Source of the DNA: Mobula hypostoma
Lineage: Eukaryota
Direction of reading: 5' to 3'
Length of the DNA: 64,000 nt
Assembly (NCBI RefSeq): GCF_963921235.1
Contig: NC_086097.1
Span: 230,642,001 to 230,706,000, forward strand
The position numbers and the translations under genes were made by a program. Positions 61,456 through 64,000 of this stretch are shown in pieces (the first letter of the stretch is position 1; the number at the start of each line of letters is the position of its first letter). The notes under the pieces were generated by a model. That model saw only the letters and a program-made list of their open reading frames with translations, searched no databases and was not told the origin of the DNA.

Positions 61456-61855
61456 ATGAGATTTACAAGGATATTGCCTGGATTGGAGAGCATACCTTAT
61501 GAGAATAGGTTGAGTGAACTTGGCCTTTTCTCCTTCGAGCGACAGAGGATGAGCGGTGACCTGATAGAGGTGTATAAGATGATGAGGGGTATTGATCGTG
61601 TGGAGAGCCAGAAGCTTCTTCCCAGGGCTGAAATGGCTAACATGAGGGGGCATAGCTTTAAGGTGCTTGGAAGCAGGTACAAGGGACAGGTCAGAAGCAA
61701 GTTTTTCTCACAGAGCGGTGGGTGCGTAGATTGCTCTGCCAGCAAAGCTGGTAAAAACAGATACAATAGGATCATTTAAGAGTAGGTTGCATGGTTAGCA
61801 CGGCATTGTGGACCGAAGGGCCTGTAATATGCTGTAGATTTCTATGTTCTATGAT
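61456..61855 (+). mobile_element. CR1 3' fragment nested in a - strand non-coding repeat (~61365-62600)
   Basis: RFTRILPGLESIPYENRLSELGLFS... with a TTCTATG tail. Similar to 33925-34395. Confidence 0.85.
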
Positions 61856-63303
61856 TGCAATTTAAATAAAATCCCCATACAACAAGACCATCAAGTGCGT
61901 GGGGGAGAAAGGAACAAATCATACAAACAACGAGAAGGCGAACAAATAACACAAAACATCAAACAGCAGAATCCCCAAAAGTGAGTCCGTAGCCACAAGC
62001 TGCTGAGGCAAGTGGAGCCATTTCAGGAGATGGCCACAGCTATCGATTCAGTCCGTTTGGTACTGTGTCAATGGCTGCAGGCCGTAGCTGTAGATCCAGT
62101 TCCATGGTGAAGTATAGTGAAGCGCGTTAGCACTGAGGATATTAAATATCAAACCGCAGCCGAATGAGAGTCCACATTCATGAGCTGCTGAGCTGAGTGA
62201 ACCGTGCAGTGTGGGACCCGTGACTCCGGCACCTTCTGATGTAGCAATGAGAGGGAGACTGGTCAAACACGGGCAGATGGCGCTAAGCAGCCATTCATTG
62301 TTTGCTCTCATCCTCGTCAATTTTAATCTTGCCGGACGCCTCATTCGGTGGGCAGTAATAGAGCTGACCACAAGTTTGTGTTCCACTGTTTAGAATTGGC
62401 ACAATGCCCCTGGGGATGGCCGTAGTTGAACTACACACCAAATCCCCCAGGAGGTCACAGAAGCGCAGATCATTCAGTCGGTTCAAAACTAAAGGGAAAT
62501 TACAGATTGCAGTCAATCGCAGTTCAGAAGTATTTCTGGAAGAAGGAGAGTATCCAGTAGTTTTGTAAGCTGTCTGCAAGATGTCGCCAATGGTCACTGG
62601 CGCTGCCTTGCTGGAATTAAGTTACTGTTGCTTTTTTGACATTGACAATTGGACAGTACTTTTATTTTCCTCTCGTTTAGTTGCCATGTTCGTCTTTTGG
62701 TAGTTGGTCATAATAAGCATCAGGCTGATGTTGGAAACTAGTCTTGCTGCTGATAATTCAAGGCCTGAAGTTGTGGGATATCAGTCATGATGGAATATTG
62801 AACACTACACCACAGTCCAGGTCCATGATGTGCTAACCCTTGAACCTTACTCCAACATCAATCTAGCTCTTCCCCCTCATCTAGCACTCAATTTTCGTCC
62901 ATGTGCCTAATCACGAGTCTCCTAAATGTCCCTGATGTATCTGCCTCTACCACTACCCTTGGCAGCATGTTCCACACAACTACCACTCTTTGCATTTTTC
63001 AAAAAAAAATAGAACAACATACTTCTGACATCCACCCTATATTTTCCTCCAATCAACTTAAGATTATGCTCTCTTCATATCCTTGAATCTGGAGAGAATT
63101 TTTCTGGATTATTTTTCATGTAGATAATCCACTGGCTTTTGGTATTGCAGCAGACTTTTATTCCTTAAGTGGGATTAAATTGGAATAATTTGTTTGATTA
63201 TTTTACTTTAACTCTTCAATTACAATCTAGAAATCTTGGAAATTTGATCTTTTCAGTGCAGAAAACTAAGCAAATAAAATTTTCAATGCCATTCTCTCTT
63301 TAG

Positions 63304-63461
63304 TTCACACCCAAGAGAACGAGCAGAGTAGTCACGGGACGCAGCATCCCGAGCGGAAAAGAAAGCGGACCCAGAAAATGGGAGGGAAAAGCCTTCCAGC
63401 GGGGGAAAGAAGAAAAAAGCTGCCGAATTATTTTGTATCGATACCTGTGACAAATCCAAAG
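63304..63461 (+). CDS. AKAP7: Coding exon of the AKAP7-like gene: basic NLS region and start of the 2H-phosphoesterase domain
   Basis: TTCTCTCTTTAG acceptor and AAG|GTACAA donor. 158 bp, phase 1-0. Encodes (V)HTQENEQSSHGTQHPERKRKRTQKMGGKSLPAGERRKKLPNYFVSIPVTNPK, matching AKAP7 KKRKDYQPNYFLSIPITNK (from memory). Confidence 0.85.
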
Positions 63462-64000
63462 GTACAAGTATGTACTGGAAATTTGCAGGTGTGGCTAAAC
63501 TGTGGAGTTTGGAATTTGCTCAGTTCAGTGCTTGTTGCTTAGATGACAGATTACTTTTGCAGCAATCAGCAGCAAATTTAGAACTGCTTTGCGGTTTTCT
63601 GAATGGCCTTGATTATCTTTTGGGTGATACATTAAATTCGTTACTTTCTGTGGACGCTATCTTTTCAGGGTTGTTCATTAACTGGCTCTGTAAGTCTACT
63701 GGTGCGCTCGGCTGAATGCTCTGTCCCTCTGCTTCTCTTTATTATATGCAATATATTTAAGATGGGGGAACTCCACAGTAAGGGAATAATACTGCTATCA
63801 TTAATATCCTTCTGCACCTTCACTGCCACGTGAACATGTTGGCAATTAATATCCAGAGGCCGTAGTTCTTATCAGGACAGGAGCACATCTCCTGTGCAAT
63901 CACTAGCGTTCCCCCGAATATGATTGCTTCTCATGTAAAAGAAATGAGAAATGCTGCTCCCCTATGCTCAGTGGGCTATCCATCGAATGCAGAGTTGGGC

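Overview
Eukaryotic, AT-rich, CpG-depleted vertebrate genomic DNA dominated by retroelements. The repeat set (dense CR1 LINEs, HE1/V-SINE-like SINEs, Penelope-like elements, Rex1/Babar LINEs) suggests a cartilaginous fish, probably a ray; this is an inference. The only host gene I can support is an AKAP7-like gene on the + strand: two phase-compatible coding exons at 39031-39108 and 63304-63461, neither in the ORF track, with a candidate promoter near 30.0-30.3 kb. The ~24-kb interval between the exons holds a nested insertion cluster. One + strand CR1 is split by two younger - strand CR1s, a Penelope fragment and a near-complete CsRn1-lineage Gypsy element, which has both LTRs, a tRNA-Trp PBS, a CHCC gag finger and a -1 frameshift cassette (G_GGA_AAC plus a perfect 11-bp hairpin). 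Several Penelope-like copies carry minimal type I hammerhead ribozyme motifs. A second nest at 6.0-9.3 kb, a 1.3-kb solo LTR, hAT-type MITEs and several unassigned repeats are also present. Almost all ORF-track entries are retroelement pieces or antisense shadows. I found no CRISPR array, no rRNA gene and no clearly new biological system. All family assignments come from motif recognition, not database searches.
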